Made by a program: the position numbers and the translations under genes | Assembly (NCBI GenBank): GCA_016748015.1 | Contig: JAAOMT010000647.1 | Coordinates: forward strand, 190,880-254,879 | Direction of reading: 5' to 3' | From: Geosiphon pyriformis uo1 | Taxonomy: Eukaryota > Fungi > Glomeromycota | Length of the DNA stretch: 64,000 bases | Part shown: positions 39,868 to 51,500 of the stretch, piece after piece | Position numbering within the stretch: the stretch's first letter is position 1 | How the letters are laid out: every line of letters begins with the position of its first letter | The notes under the pieces: model-generated | The model's input: only the letters and a program-made list of their open reading frames with translations | Database searches by the model: none | Told to the model about the DNA's origin: nothing

Positions 39868-42800
39868 TTTGGTGCTTTCTGTGAGGTATAATCCTACAGA
39901 GAACCAGCACCAACAACACCAAACCAAAAGTGACAGAATCAGAAACCATAGGAGCAAACCATTTAGGATTTGCGAAAGCCCTATTTCAACACTATTGTTA
40001 ACACTTGGGATTAAACCACAATCATATATCCGCCGAATCAGCCTTTAACTTCTATGTCAATAAAAAGATTTTCTCTTTGTTAGGAACACCAGTGAATACT
40101 GAATCAGCCAGGGAAACTTTCTACAGAGAATTAATTCAAAATACCAACCTGCCAACAAATCACAATTTTGCTTCTATCATTACTGAAATCAACAAAAAAA
40201 TTGAACATCACACCCAACAAAGATATCCAATTACTTATGCCAGTAAAGACAAAGGGAAACTACAAATACCAGCAGTAACACCCAAAAGGATACAACCACC
40301 CACTTAGAAGAAAACAAGAATTAAATTACCAACTGACCCATCCTATCACTACACACTGGGAAGCGCCATCAATATAACATTAGCAAGCGCGTCCATATCA
40401 AACGTAATATCAACATTCAGATAACTCCCATTCCAAAGTAAACAAAGGAAAACAGATCTATTAGGACTATACGGCGAATATTTTGAGAGATTTAAATCAC
40501 AATCATCAACCCCATCAGGAATTCAATCACTGCTGCCTCAACTGGACTTTGGAACTGCTACCCCATGGAAACTATTTGAAGAAGAAGAGGAAGAAGAATT
40601 GGAAGATCAAGAATTTACTTACCAAAACCCGATCACTGAAAGCCCGGAAGTTGAAACCCCGAATCTTCAAGCTCAGCAAAATTTAAATATAGAAAATTCA
40701 GAAATCAAAACTCCAAATCAACAAAGGCAGAACAATTCAAACCCCGAATTAATTAATCAGCAAAACTTACCTCCGGTAATCGTCATCAATCAACCGCCAA
40801 TTAATCCAGTAGCCGAATCCATACAGCAGCCATTTCAACTACCACCCCAACAACCAGAACAACAACAACAACTGTTTCAACAGCCACCACAACAACCCAA
40901 CTTAGATCCAATGACCTATGCACCAATCGCAAAACTTGACAACTTTACTAACGAAGAGGATAACACTCAGGTATAGCTGAATGATGTAGAAAAGGCCATT
41001 GCAGCCAATGGATGGAATAACGCTTAAGCAATGCAAGCTATTCCCTACTTTTTCAAGAATACTGCTAATTCATGGTACCAGAGCTTGATTAATAAACCAC
41101 AAGATTTTAATGCCTTCAAAGCAGAATTCCTAAGATACTTCAGCAACAATAACAGTATCAATCGCCTAGTCAACACATTCACCACCATAAAACAAGGAGA
41201 AACGGAAGCTGTTACCACTTACCTGGGATGCTTCCATTGAAATTTGTGCCAAATTCAAGCAATTGACGCCAACTATTTCACAGCACCACAGATACTCAAT
41301 CAGTTTATCCGTGGTCTGTGCAGCAGCATCTTGCAACATGTACGTCTGTTGCATCCAGGTACTCTTCAAGACACAGTTACACGCATCAGAAATTTTGAAT
41401 CTGCTGAGTCAGAGGCTAATCATGCCCAAGCCATTAATCTAGTAATGAATAGATCATCTGAATTGGATTCCAAATTGGAGAAGTTCAGTAAATCAATTAA
41501 TAAGAGATTAGAAGGATACTTAGCTGACAATCATGCCATTTATCAGTCTCTACAATGATGCAATAATCAAGGAAACTCTAATCGTGCCCAAAATCAACCA
41601 CATCCATCTTCATTGACCAATCAACAGTGGCAACAGAAAACGTGTATCTGCCACTATTGTGGTAAACAAGGACATATCCAAATTGACTGTTACCAGTGTC
41701 TAAATAACCAACAATCGGAAAATCAATATCAAAACCCCAATTGCCAGTTCTAAACTCCAAATCATTATCCAAATCAGAGTCAAGACCAATATCAAAATAA
41801 TTACCTGCCAATGATGCAGCAACCAATTTATCAACTGCCAGTATATCAACCTCTGATTTATCAGCCGCAGCCACAAGTAATATATCAACCACAGCCACCA
41901 ATCATCTATCAACTCCAACCAATTCAAATACTGCTCCAGAACCCAGCTCAAATGACATCAGGCAACCCTCGATCCAGAGTCACTCAAAACTGGAGATTGG
42001 CAATAGTTGTTCACCAACCGATCTCCAGTTCGCTAAACTCACCATCAGGATTACACATCTGGAATTTGGATACCAGTTGCATCCAAAACCCAAATTTCCA
42101 ACACTATTTAAGTCTTCTGGTTAACCCAGAAGACACCACATCCCACAACACGGAATTCAATCAGCATGTACTTTCCAACACAATTCCACCAGCAACCATC
42201 TCTAGCAACGAATCCCTAGCAGCTATCTTTCCTTTTGAACTCGAAGAAAACACACCGATACCGTTATTCAGTAGAGCTGTCCTCAAAGAGAAATCTATAA
42301 CAGTAATGTACATGGATGCCAGAGTTGATAGTCACCCCATCAAACTCATCCTAGATAGTGGATCAGCTGGCAGTATAATCACAAGACAACTTATAGATCA
42401 ATTAGGTCACCGAGTTGATCGAGCTGCCAGCACTAGAATCATCACTGCCAATGGCACCACAAAAACACCTATCAGTGAGATAGATGATTTCCTTATAGAA
42501 ATTAACAGCATCATAGTACCCATCAAAGTTCTAGTAATAGACGCCACCCAATACCAAGCCCTAGTCGGTAATGACTGGCTGTCCAAAACCAATGCTGTGT
42601 TTGATTGGATGACCCAAAAGTTAATACTCAGCCAGAATGGAAGACACACACGAGTACCAGCAATGTGTGGCCATTTCAAGGCTACCAACAACACGGTACC
42701 ACTAATTGACTTTAATAAAGAGAAACCGAAACCTACCTGAGAAGCCTACCAAGTGTCGTGGGCTGATGAAGAGCACAATGAACTGCCACCAATACTCCCC

Positions 42801-45463
42801 TGAGACAACAACAACAAGGAAAAAGGGAAACAAAAGGAAGAACTTACCTGGAAAACTAATGACCTGACATGAACCAACAACAATGAGAGTGAACTGACTT
42901 TAAGCTGGGAATGGGAAGAAGACAAAGAAAATAAAGGGAAAGGAAAAGAAAAAGAGACCACCTAAACCACCACCACTTATAACACCTACACTATACCACA
43001 ACGATCTACCTATTGTCAACCTAAGCTTATATGCATTAATTGCGGCAAGAAATTGTCATTAATAGGTGCATGCTGTGGGAACAATGAAAAATATTCAACG
43101 GCAACTAGGTTTTGTTGCCGCCCATGCATTCTTGAATGCTTTGGAAGACCAAAACGAGTAGGGAAATGAGACAACCAGCCATGCTTAGCTTGTGGAAAGA
43201 CTCTATTGGACGAAAGAATATGGCATGACATTCTTGGATGTGGAGGAATGTGCGACGTATTGTGTTAATACACAATTCTGATCAATGACTGGGTTAAAAA
43301 AAAAACACCAATTGAAGCTACTTGGCAAAGAGCAGTACAATGATTAGACAGTTGTCCACATAACGACGACAAAATTTGGAGAATGGCAACTGCAAAAATT
43401 AAAGGCGCATTGCCAGAAGAAATCTGAACAATTAAAAACAACTCACCAGAACCCATCGAGCTTGACTGGGATGCAGAGCCAGTCATAAATTTTCTGGAAC
43501 CAAAAGAGTTCTATGAATACTACCAAAACTTGGCACCCACTAGAGAAGAGCAAAAACAATGGCTAGCACAGTTAAATACAAGACTGTGTTGCCATTGTTT
43601 AATTCCCAGTGACTTTGAATATTGTGACAATTGTGACCTCATTTACAATTCACCACCATGCATGATCTACTCGATCCCTGAAAAAGAAAAACCAATCAGC
43701 AGCTGTGCATCGGAATCAGAATTGCTGATCAATTGCAATTCAGACTCCGACAATAACAACGAAAACACCAGTTTCAGCTCTGTTCAAAATGGCAATGATG
43801 ACGAAAATGATTCAAACTCAGATTCAAAACCTAATTTAAACTATGAACAATACATTGTATTACCAAATCTCTCCAAGAAACAAGAGTTGAAATGGTATAA
43901 TAACAATAGGGAAAGTATTATGCCAGAATGTGTGCATGATATGGATACAGAGTTTAATCTGAGATATCCAGGAAAAAATGCCATCAAATTGGAACCTCAT
44001 TCATTCACCTGCATTGATCTGAAAATAGCACTAGAAATTCCAGCAACAACTATGGTTCAATTAGCATCTAGGAGTAGTTTAGCAAAAAGAGGGATTAATA
44101 TAAGAGAAGGAATAATTGATGCAGAATATGTAGAAAATATCATCACAATGCTACAAAATGACTCAGAAAAGGCCTATATAATAAAACCCAATGAAAAGAT
44201 AGCACAGGCAATATTCCTGCCTCTGGTTAGAATAGCTCAGTTAGTATTAGTAGGAAAGAGGGAGGAATTAGGAATAACAGCGAGAGGAATACAAGGATTC
44301 AGATCAATGAGTAGAATAGATGTACCAGTTAATATAACAAAGAAAAAAATTGTTGGCCAAGGAGAAATTATCTCAACCAGTCAAGCTATTTCCATTCTAC
44401 CATATAGCCAGTACATGTTAGCAATAGAAAGGAAGGAAAAGAAGCAAGAACAGATTTTTGAAGCTGAAGCAAACTTTTGTGAATTAGGAGAGATTGGACT
44501 GATCAATCTCCACATACCAGCCAAAAGCTATAGCAGCATAAAAATTCCCATCTACAACAACACTGGCAATGTCATCAACATACCAGAAGGAACCACTATC
44601 AGATATTTAACCACAGAAATAGAAGACCAACCACCAAACCCCATTTCAGACTTTCCACAACTTTGTGAATATGTTGACATCATATTACAAACAATCTATG
44701 GACAAGATGAATGTTATTTGCTCCAACCAAAACAATTGGAACAAATAAACATGGGAAACTTAGATCCGCTTCAATGTATGCAGCTTAAAATGTTACTCAA
44801 CAATTTCAACAATATCTTTGCCAGCGAAAATGAGTTTGGCCAAACTGACATCATCCAGCATCAGATCAAGACTGGAGATGCAATGTCAATCAAACAAAGA
44901 GCATACAGAGTGCTGCCAGCCAGCCACGAGATCATTTGTCAAGAGATAAACAGAATGCTTGATAATAGGCTAATTCAACCATCAATAAGCTTATGGTCGT
45001 CACCAGTGATACTCATCCATAAGAAGAATGGAAAAATCTGGTTCTGTGTAGACTATAGGAAACTCAATAGTGTAACTCGTGGAGACAGTTATCTAACCCC
45101 ATGAATACAGAAATTATTTGATGCTTTCGGTGGGAACAAATGGTTCTCCACATTAGATTTGGACAGTAGTTACTAGCAAGTAGCCATGAATCCAGTTGAC
45201 AAAGAGAAGACAGCATTTACTACTAGAGAAGAGAATTTCGAATTTGAAGTGATGCCATTCAGCTTAACCAATGTCCCAGCAACTTTCCAACAGCTAATGG
45301 AAATCATTTATATTGGCTTATTGTGGAAATCAGTAGTTGTATATTTGGACAACACCAATGTATTCTCAAAGACGTTTGATGATCATTTTCATCATCTTCA
45401 ACAAGTGTTTGAAAGACTAAGAAGAGCAGAACTAAAGTTAAATGCAACAAACTACTTCTTTGG

Positions 45464-46437
45464 TGTTACTGAAGGTTTTTGGTCTCTTTTTTGTAATGTT
45501 ATTGATACTTATTTGCTGTGAATTCACGTTTTCTGGATGTGGTTAAACCTCCAGTAACTGAATTTTTAACTTCAAATTATCTCCTATAATTTGAACTTGC
45601 TGGGCTTATGAGTGGAATAACCAATTCCATGCCAGTTGCTTTATGTAGTTACGTTGTAGTAAACGTCAACTCTTTCCCAAGAATTGCTCATCTGGGAGCT
45701 CACTAAAAATGTGTAGTTACTTTGCTGTGAAAGTCAACTCTTCTATAGGAATCTCGTCTGTAGGCTACCCTAATGATTGTAATAAGAAAAGAAAAGAAAA
45801 ATAAAAGAAATGTAAAAAAAATAGGATTTTATCAAGAGAAACGTTTTCTATCCAGGCCTGGAGTCACTAACAGTCTACTGAAATTGGTAGCTAATCAATT
45901 TCAAAATGTTAGTTGGGTTTTTGGGGATTTTCCAAGTACAATAATTAAAGAATTTGGTTTTTCGAATTATTTGATATTTATTTCTTTTTGTGTGTATAGG
46001 AACATTTTTAAGAGATAAATCTAAAGTAAGATACATTTTCTCGAAGAGAGAAGCTCTTCTTTTATACAACTTGTCATAACACTATTCTATGAACTTGAAC
46101 TTTTGCTATTTTCTACAATTTTGCTGAACTAAAGATACATTTTGGCAAACTACAAGTTATTTCTGCAAACTATTAGATATTTTGGTGAACTATCAATTAT
46201 TTTGGTGAATTTCTATAAATTTCGGCAAACTTTTGAATGTTATATAGTTCGGATTAATCATCGCAATTAGGTTACATTTGTGTTGTGTACAATTTGGGTT
46301 ATTAATTAAATGATAATTTCGGACATTCTTTGCTAATGTAATAAGTGATAATTTGAAACAATAATATATGCTAATTAATGATAGGAATTATAAGATAGTT
46401 TTATGCTAAATAATATCTCTAATTTCATCTGGTAACA
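45464..46437 (-). repeat. 3' LTR of element H
   Basis: Colinear with 54191-55175. Confidence 0.93.
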
Positions 46438-46963
46438 TAACCTCCTCCTCAAAACTAAGCTCCGTCAAAGTCCAAGTACTGTCTGTTATTTCCAGATAAT
46501 AATCCAAAATTATTGAAGAAATTTGGTCTGAAAATTGTTGAAATTTCAGTTCTGTGAGCTTTCCAATGTATTGAATCTTTAAAGATTGAAAAATTCGGTT
46601 TTGTAGTACATTTTCACAGGTATGGAATAGGTCATAAAGTCTAAGAGCAGCTCTAAGCCTGTAGTGACTATTTGTTGATCCAGCTGTGGTCTTGAATTCA
46701 TTGTGGAGTTGTTTCTGAATAGCTTCTTTTGTGAGGTTTGCTGTTGTAAGTTCCAGTTTCCATTTGTAGAGTGTTTTTCCAATGTGAAAATATCTATAGA
46801 TTGGAGGATATTCAGTGTTTTCCTCATTGAGACACAGTTGAAGTTTTTGTTGAATTGTAGCATTTGGTGGAATACTAATCGGAGTGAGCATTAGGTTTTC
46901 TCTTAAAGCAAGCTTTAAAAGTTTTGGCAGGTAAATTCCAGTATAACTTCTTGTGTTCTTTTT
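46406..46963 (-). CDS. Element H ORF3, unknown protein; open from the N gap through the PPT into the 3' LTR
   Basis: 161-aa ORF 46406-46891; the frame stays open upstream to the gap. YRYFHIG, RAALRLYDLF and IGKLT motifs match family-1 ORF3. Confidence 0.65.
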   Translation of the reverse strand, partial: KKNTRSYTGIYLPKLLKLALRENLMLTPISIPPNATIQQKLQLCLNEENTEYPPIYRYFHIGKTLYKWKLELTTANLTKEAIQKQLHNEFKTTAGSTNSHYRLRAALRLYDLFHTCENVLQNRIFQSLKIQYIGKLTELKFQQFSDQISSIILDYYLEITDSTWTLTELSFEEEVMLPDEIRDII

Positions 46964-46965
46964 AT

Positions 46966-47011
46966 NNNNNNNNNNNNNNNNNNNNTTTCTTTTTTTTTTT
47001 TATTTTTTTTT

Positions 47012-47051
<40 letters not shown>
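46966..47051. other. Assembly gap (20 N, 46966-46985) next to a poly-T tract
   Basis: Seen directly. Confidence 0.95.
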
Positions 47052-47052
<1 letters not shown>

Positions 47053-47109
47053 TGATTTGTTTTTGTGAGATTGTTTCTAAATTATAAGAGAATAACTAAT
47101 AAAATTAAA

Positions 47110-48495
47110 TTAAGTATTTAGGTTGGAAGGTTGTTCAATGACAACTATTGGTTCTAAGTTTCAGGGAATATCTTCGGGACTGACCAAAAGGGAATGTGTA
47201 TCAATTTGTGGAATTAATGGTTCAAGATTGTTTCTGGAATGATAGTATTTCAAACGATCTCCATGTGCAACTTTTGCTAGGATTTTGTCATCAAGTCTTA
47301 GCTTGTATGATCCGTTGCTTAGGACTTCATGGATAAAAAATGGTCCATCTCATTTATTTTCAAATTTTCTACTCCATTGTTTTTTAGCTTTAGTTTTGTG
47401 TAAGAGAACTTTGTTTCCAATTTTGAATTTATTGGTGACTGAAGGCAATTTGTCATTATGCCGTTCTTTTTGTTGAGCTTGGAAGTGTTCAATATGGGTG
47501 GCTGCTATTCGTTGTTTTCCTTCTAATGTGCTAAGCAGAGTGTAGGCTCTTCGCTGAAGCATTTCTTGGAAATTGTTTTCATTGATCAGTTGTGCTGGGT
47601 ATGTTTCCACTATAAAACTAATTGGTAATGTTGCTGTCCTTCCATAAGTTAAATCAAATGGTGTGTGTTTCGTGGTATCTTGTTTTAATGTTCTATATGC
47701 TAGTAACACTGATGGAATAAAGAGATCCCATTCTTGCTCAAAATTGGTTGAGACTTTGGCTAATGACTCACACAATGTTCTGTTAAAATGTTCCACAAAT
47801 CCATTTGTTTGTGGATGGTAGGGTGAAGACAGAGGTCTTTTGACATTAAATCATTCACAAATTTCTTGTATCAGGTTGTTCACAAAGTGTGTTCTCTGAT
47901 CGGATAAAAGTTCAATTGGACATCCATGTTTACAAATGATGTTTTTGTAGATAAAATTTGCTACTGATTTTGCATCTGCTCGTTGAATGGCTCTGGCTTC
48001 AGGCCATTTAGTAAGATAGTCTACAGCTACTGCAATATAACAGTTTTCTTGAGTGGTAATAGATAGTGGTCTGACTAAATTGATACCAACTCTGTCAAAA
48101 AGCTGTCCAACTTTGATTGAATTTAAAGATTCTGTAGGGCAAGTTCCTCCTTTTCTTTGACAACTATTACAAGATTCGACATATTCGTAAATGTCTTTTT
48201 TCATTCGAGGCCAAAAGTAGTATTTTAGTGTTCTTTGGGTGGTGCTATCTTTTCCGAAGTGTGCTGATGAAGAATCTGAGTGCATATTGTATAAAATGGT
48301 CTCTTTTTCCTGTTCTTGTATTAATCTGAGTGGTTTGGTTGGGTTTTTGAAATTTCGATGATAGATAATATTGTTGTGTAGAAAATATTGTTTGGCTTGT
48401 TGTTGTAATTGATGTTTTTTGTCTGGGGATCAATCTGTTGGGATTGTTAATGTCTCCAAATATTGTTTGAGATTGTTGTAGTTTTCGGGGTTTAT
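47110..48495 (-). pseudogene. Element H ORF2 integrase
   Basis: MHSDSSSAHFG..YYFWP..CNSC, GINLVRP, SDQRTHF, DGPF. Length 1386 nt. Confidence 0.9.
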
Positions 48496-48544
48496 TGTTT
48501 GTTGTTTTAATGCTGTTAATTCAAATGGGTGTTGGTTTTGTTTT

Positions 48545-51500
48545 CTAATTTTGCCTCATTCTTGAAAGACAATCAACATTGGTGTGGAGTTTTCCTGATT
48601 TGTGATGTACGATATATTGGTAATTAACTAAAAATCTTGTCCATCGGGTTTGTTTTGCATTCAGCTGGGTGTTTTTGTTTTGAAGCCATTTAAGTCCAAT
48701 ATTATCAGTGATAATATTAAATTTTTTGGGTCTGAGGTAAAGGTTGAAGTGATGTAGGGTCCAGATTACTGCTGCGGTTTCTAATTCTGTTGTGGGGTAG
48801 TTTTTTTTGGCTGGCTTTAATGTTCTATTAGCATAAGCAATTACTTGCTTATTTCCATTGTCATCTAACTGTGATAGGATGGCACCAAAGACAGTATAAG
48901 AAGCGTTAGTTGCTAACCAGAATTGGTTGCTGAAATCTGGGTAGGCGAGGATTGGAGCTGTTGTGAGTTTTTTCTTAAGTATCTCGAAGGCATTTTGGTG
49001 TTCTTCTGTCCATTTGTATTCGACATTTTTAGTAGTGAGCTGGTTGAGGGGTTTTGCAATTTCTGAGAATTCTTTGATGAATTTTCAGTAATAGGATGCT
49101 AATCCAATAAATCCTCTTAATTCTGTGGTATTTCGTGAAGTCTTGAAATTCTTGACAGTACTGATTTTTCTGGGGTCTGGTTTAATTCCATCTTTGCTAA
49201 CAATGTGACCAAGAAAAGCTAAACTTGTTTTTCTGAAGTAGCATTTTTCAATGTTCAGTTTCAATCCTGCTTTCCGTAATTGTTAAAAAACTTCTCGCAG
49301 GTGAATTAAATGTAGCTCGAAAGATGATGAATAAACATCAGTGTCATCAAGATAAACTACTACTGATTTTCAAAGGAGGTCTTTGTAAACAACATCCATG
49401 AGTCTTTGGAATGTTGCTAGTGCATTGCATAATCTGAAAGACATTACATTAAATTTGTAATTTCTTCCTTGAGTAGTGAATGTTGTTTTGGAGTGGTCTT
49501 TGGGATCCATAGCAACTTGCCAGTATCCACTTTCTAAATCTAATGTTGAAAAGTATTTGGACTTTCCAAGGGCATCCAACATGTTATCAATTCGGGGAAG
49601 AGAATAGGCATCCTCAATGGTGACACTGTTGAGTTGTCAGTAATCAACACAAAATTATATCTTTCCATTTTTCTTTTTAACTAAGACCACAGATGAGGCC
49701 CATGGGCTCATTGATGATTGAATAAGCCCATTGTTAAGCATTCATTGTACTTCTTCTCAGATAAATTGGTGACTTTCTGGGGCAACTCAATAGGCTTGTT
49801 GTCGCCTTGGTTTGGCATTTCTTGTATAGATTTGGTGTTGAACCAAATCAGTTCTTCCTAAGTTATTGTTGTTTTCGGCAAAGATGTCAGTAAATTCTGC
49901 AATTAGCTCTTTGAGCTGGGTCTGTTGTTGTGGTTCAAGTTGTTCCATGTTAATTCGAGATAGTTTTTCTATGACAACATGGTAGTTTTCGAAGCTGGGA
50001 TTTGAGTTGGTTTTTGGTATTAAATGTCCAATAATTTCAGAGAAATCGGGAATTATTTGGGGTAATTTTTGTTGAAATATATTACTGTGAATAACTCCAA
50101 TTTCTAAATTATTTAATAAAATTATGGGGTAATTATTGGGGTTGTAAAAAGTAACTTGGACTTTCTTTGTTCCTTCTGGAATATAAATGTTTGGGATCAA
50201 AATATTATGTTCTAAGCAGACTTGTTCATTGGACTCAAAAATTTGTTGTGTGGTTGTTGGCTTTGAGCAGATGTAGATTTCCGGATATTCTCCAAAGGGT
50301 AAGATAGTAATCAGTTGTGGAAGTCTGAGAATCTGGTGGGATTCATTCTATGTGTTAAGAGCTATATTAATTGGAACTGTGAATCATCCAGTTGAACCAA
50401 AACCTTGGGTTCCTCTATCACTTTTTCCTAATTGTTCTCTTTGATTGACTAGTTGCAAACCCGAAATGTTGATTAAGGGTAGGTAAATAGCTTGGGCAAT
50501 TTTTTCAACATGTTCAATCTTGACTGGTTTGTCAGTTTCATTTTGAAGCATCACTGTTATGTCTCCAATATATCCAGCATTGATTATTCCTCTTCTGACA
50601 TTGATTTCTTTGCTTGCCAGAGAGGACCAGGAGGCGATTTGAACCATTGCTCTTGGCGGGATTTCAAGTGCAATTTTGAGGTTGATTTTTGTGTGAAATT
50701 TGGGTTTGAGAACAAGAGTATCCTTGCCTGAATATCTTAGGTCATATCCAGTATCAATTTCGTGTGCTTTTTCAGGTTTTATTCCTTGTCCATTGTTGTT
50801 GAAGTATTTAAGTTGTAAGGCAAGCTGATTTTCGATAAGGTAGATGGGTGTTGTTTCAATTTCTTCCGTTTTTTCAGGTTCTCCAAATTTAATTTCATTC
50901 TCATCATTTTCGCTGGGCAAGGGGATACTAAGAGCATAGCATTCAGGACACTATTGTTCATTGCAAGGCATAATGCATTCTTCACATAGTTTAATGTTCA
51001 TTTGCTCTAATCATTGAATTTAAGCTTTTTGGGTCGGGTAGGTGTAACTTGCAATTTGGTGGTAGACTTTTACTTCATCTTTGTAATCGAATCCAGCTAA
51101 TTCCATAGTGTATTCAATGTATTCTGCTTCCTTCATTTGACGGACATCTTCCTTGGTAGCTCCATTAATTAATGCCATTGCTAAGTCGAAAATCATCTTG
51201 GCATCATGAGGGTAGTGATAAAGTTTGTTGAGAGCACTGTTGTATGCTGCATTAAAAGGTGTTCCTCTTTTTACTTTTTCTGAAATTGATAAAACATATT
51301 GACAGGTCTGATCGCAGACGCCTCCTCTCATTGCTACATCAATCCAATTGCATTCTTTTGGTAGCATATCTCCACAAGTCAAACAAGAGATGTTGTCCCA
51401 TTTTCCGCTCTTTTTTATTAGATGGCCCCATTACTCTCTGTGGCAAGCCTTGCAATAATAACAAGTATAATTCTCATATTCTTCTTCAGGTAAAATGCAG

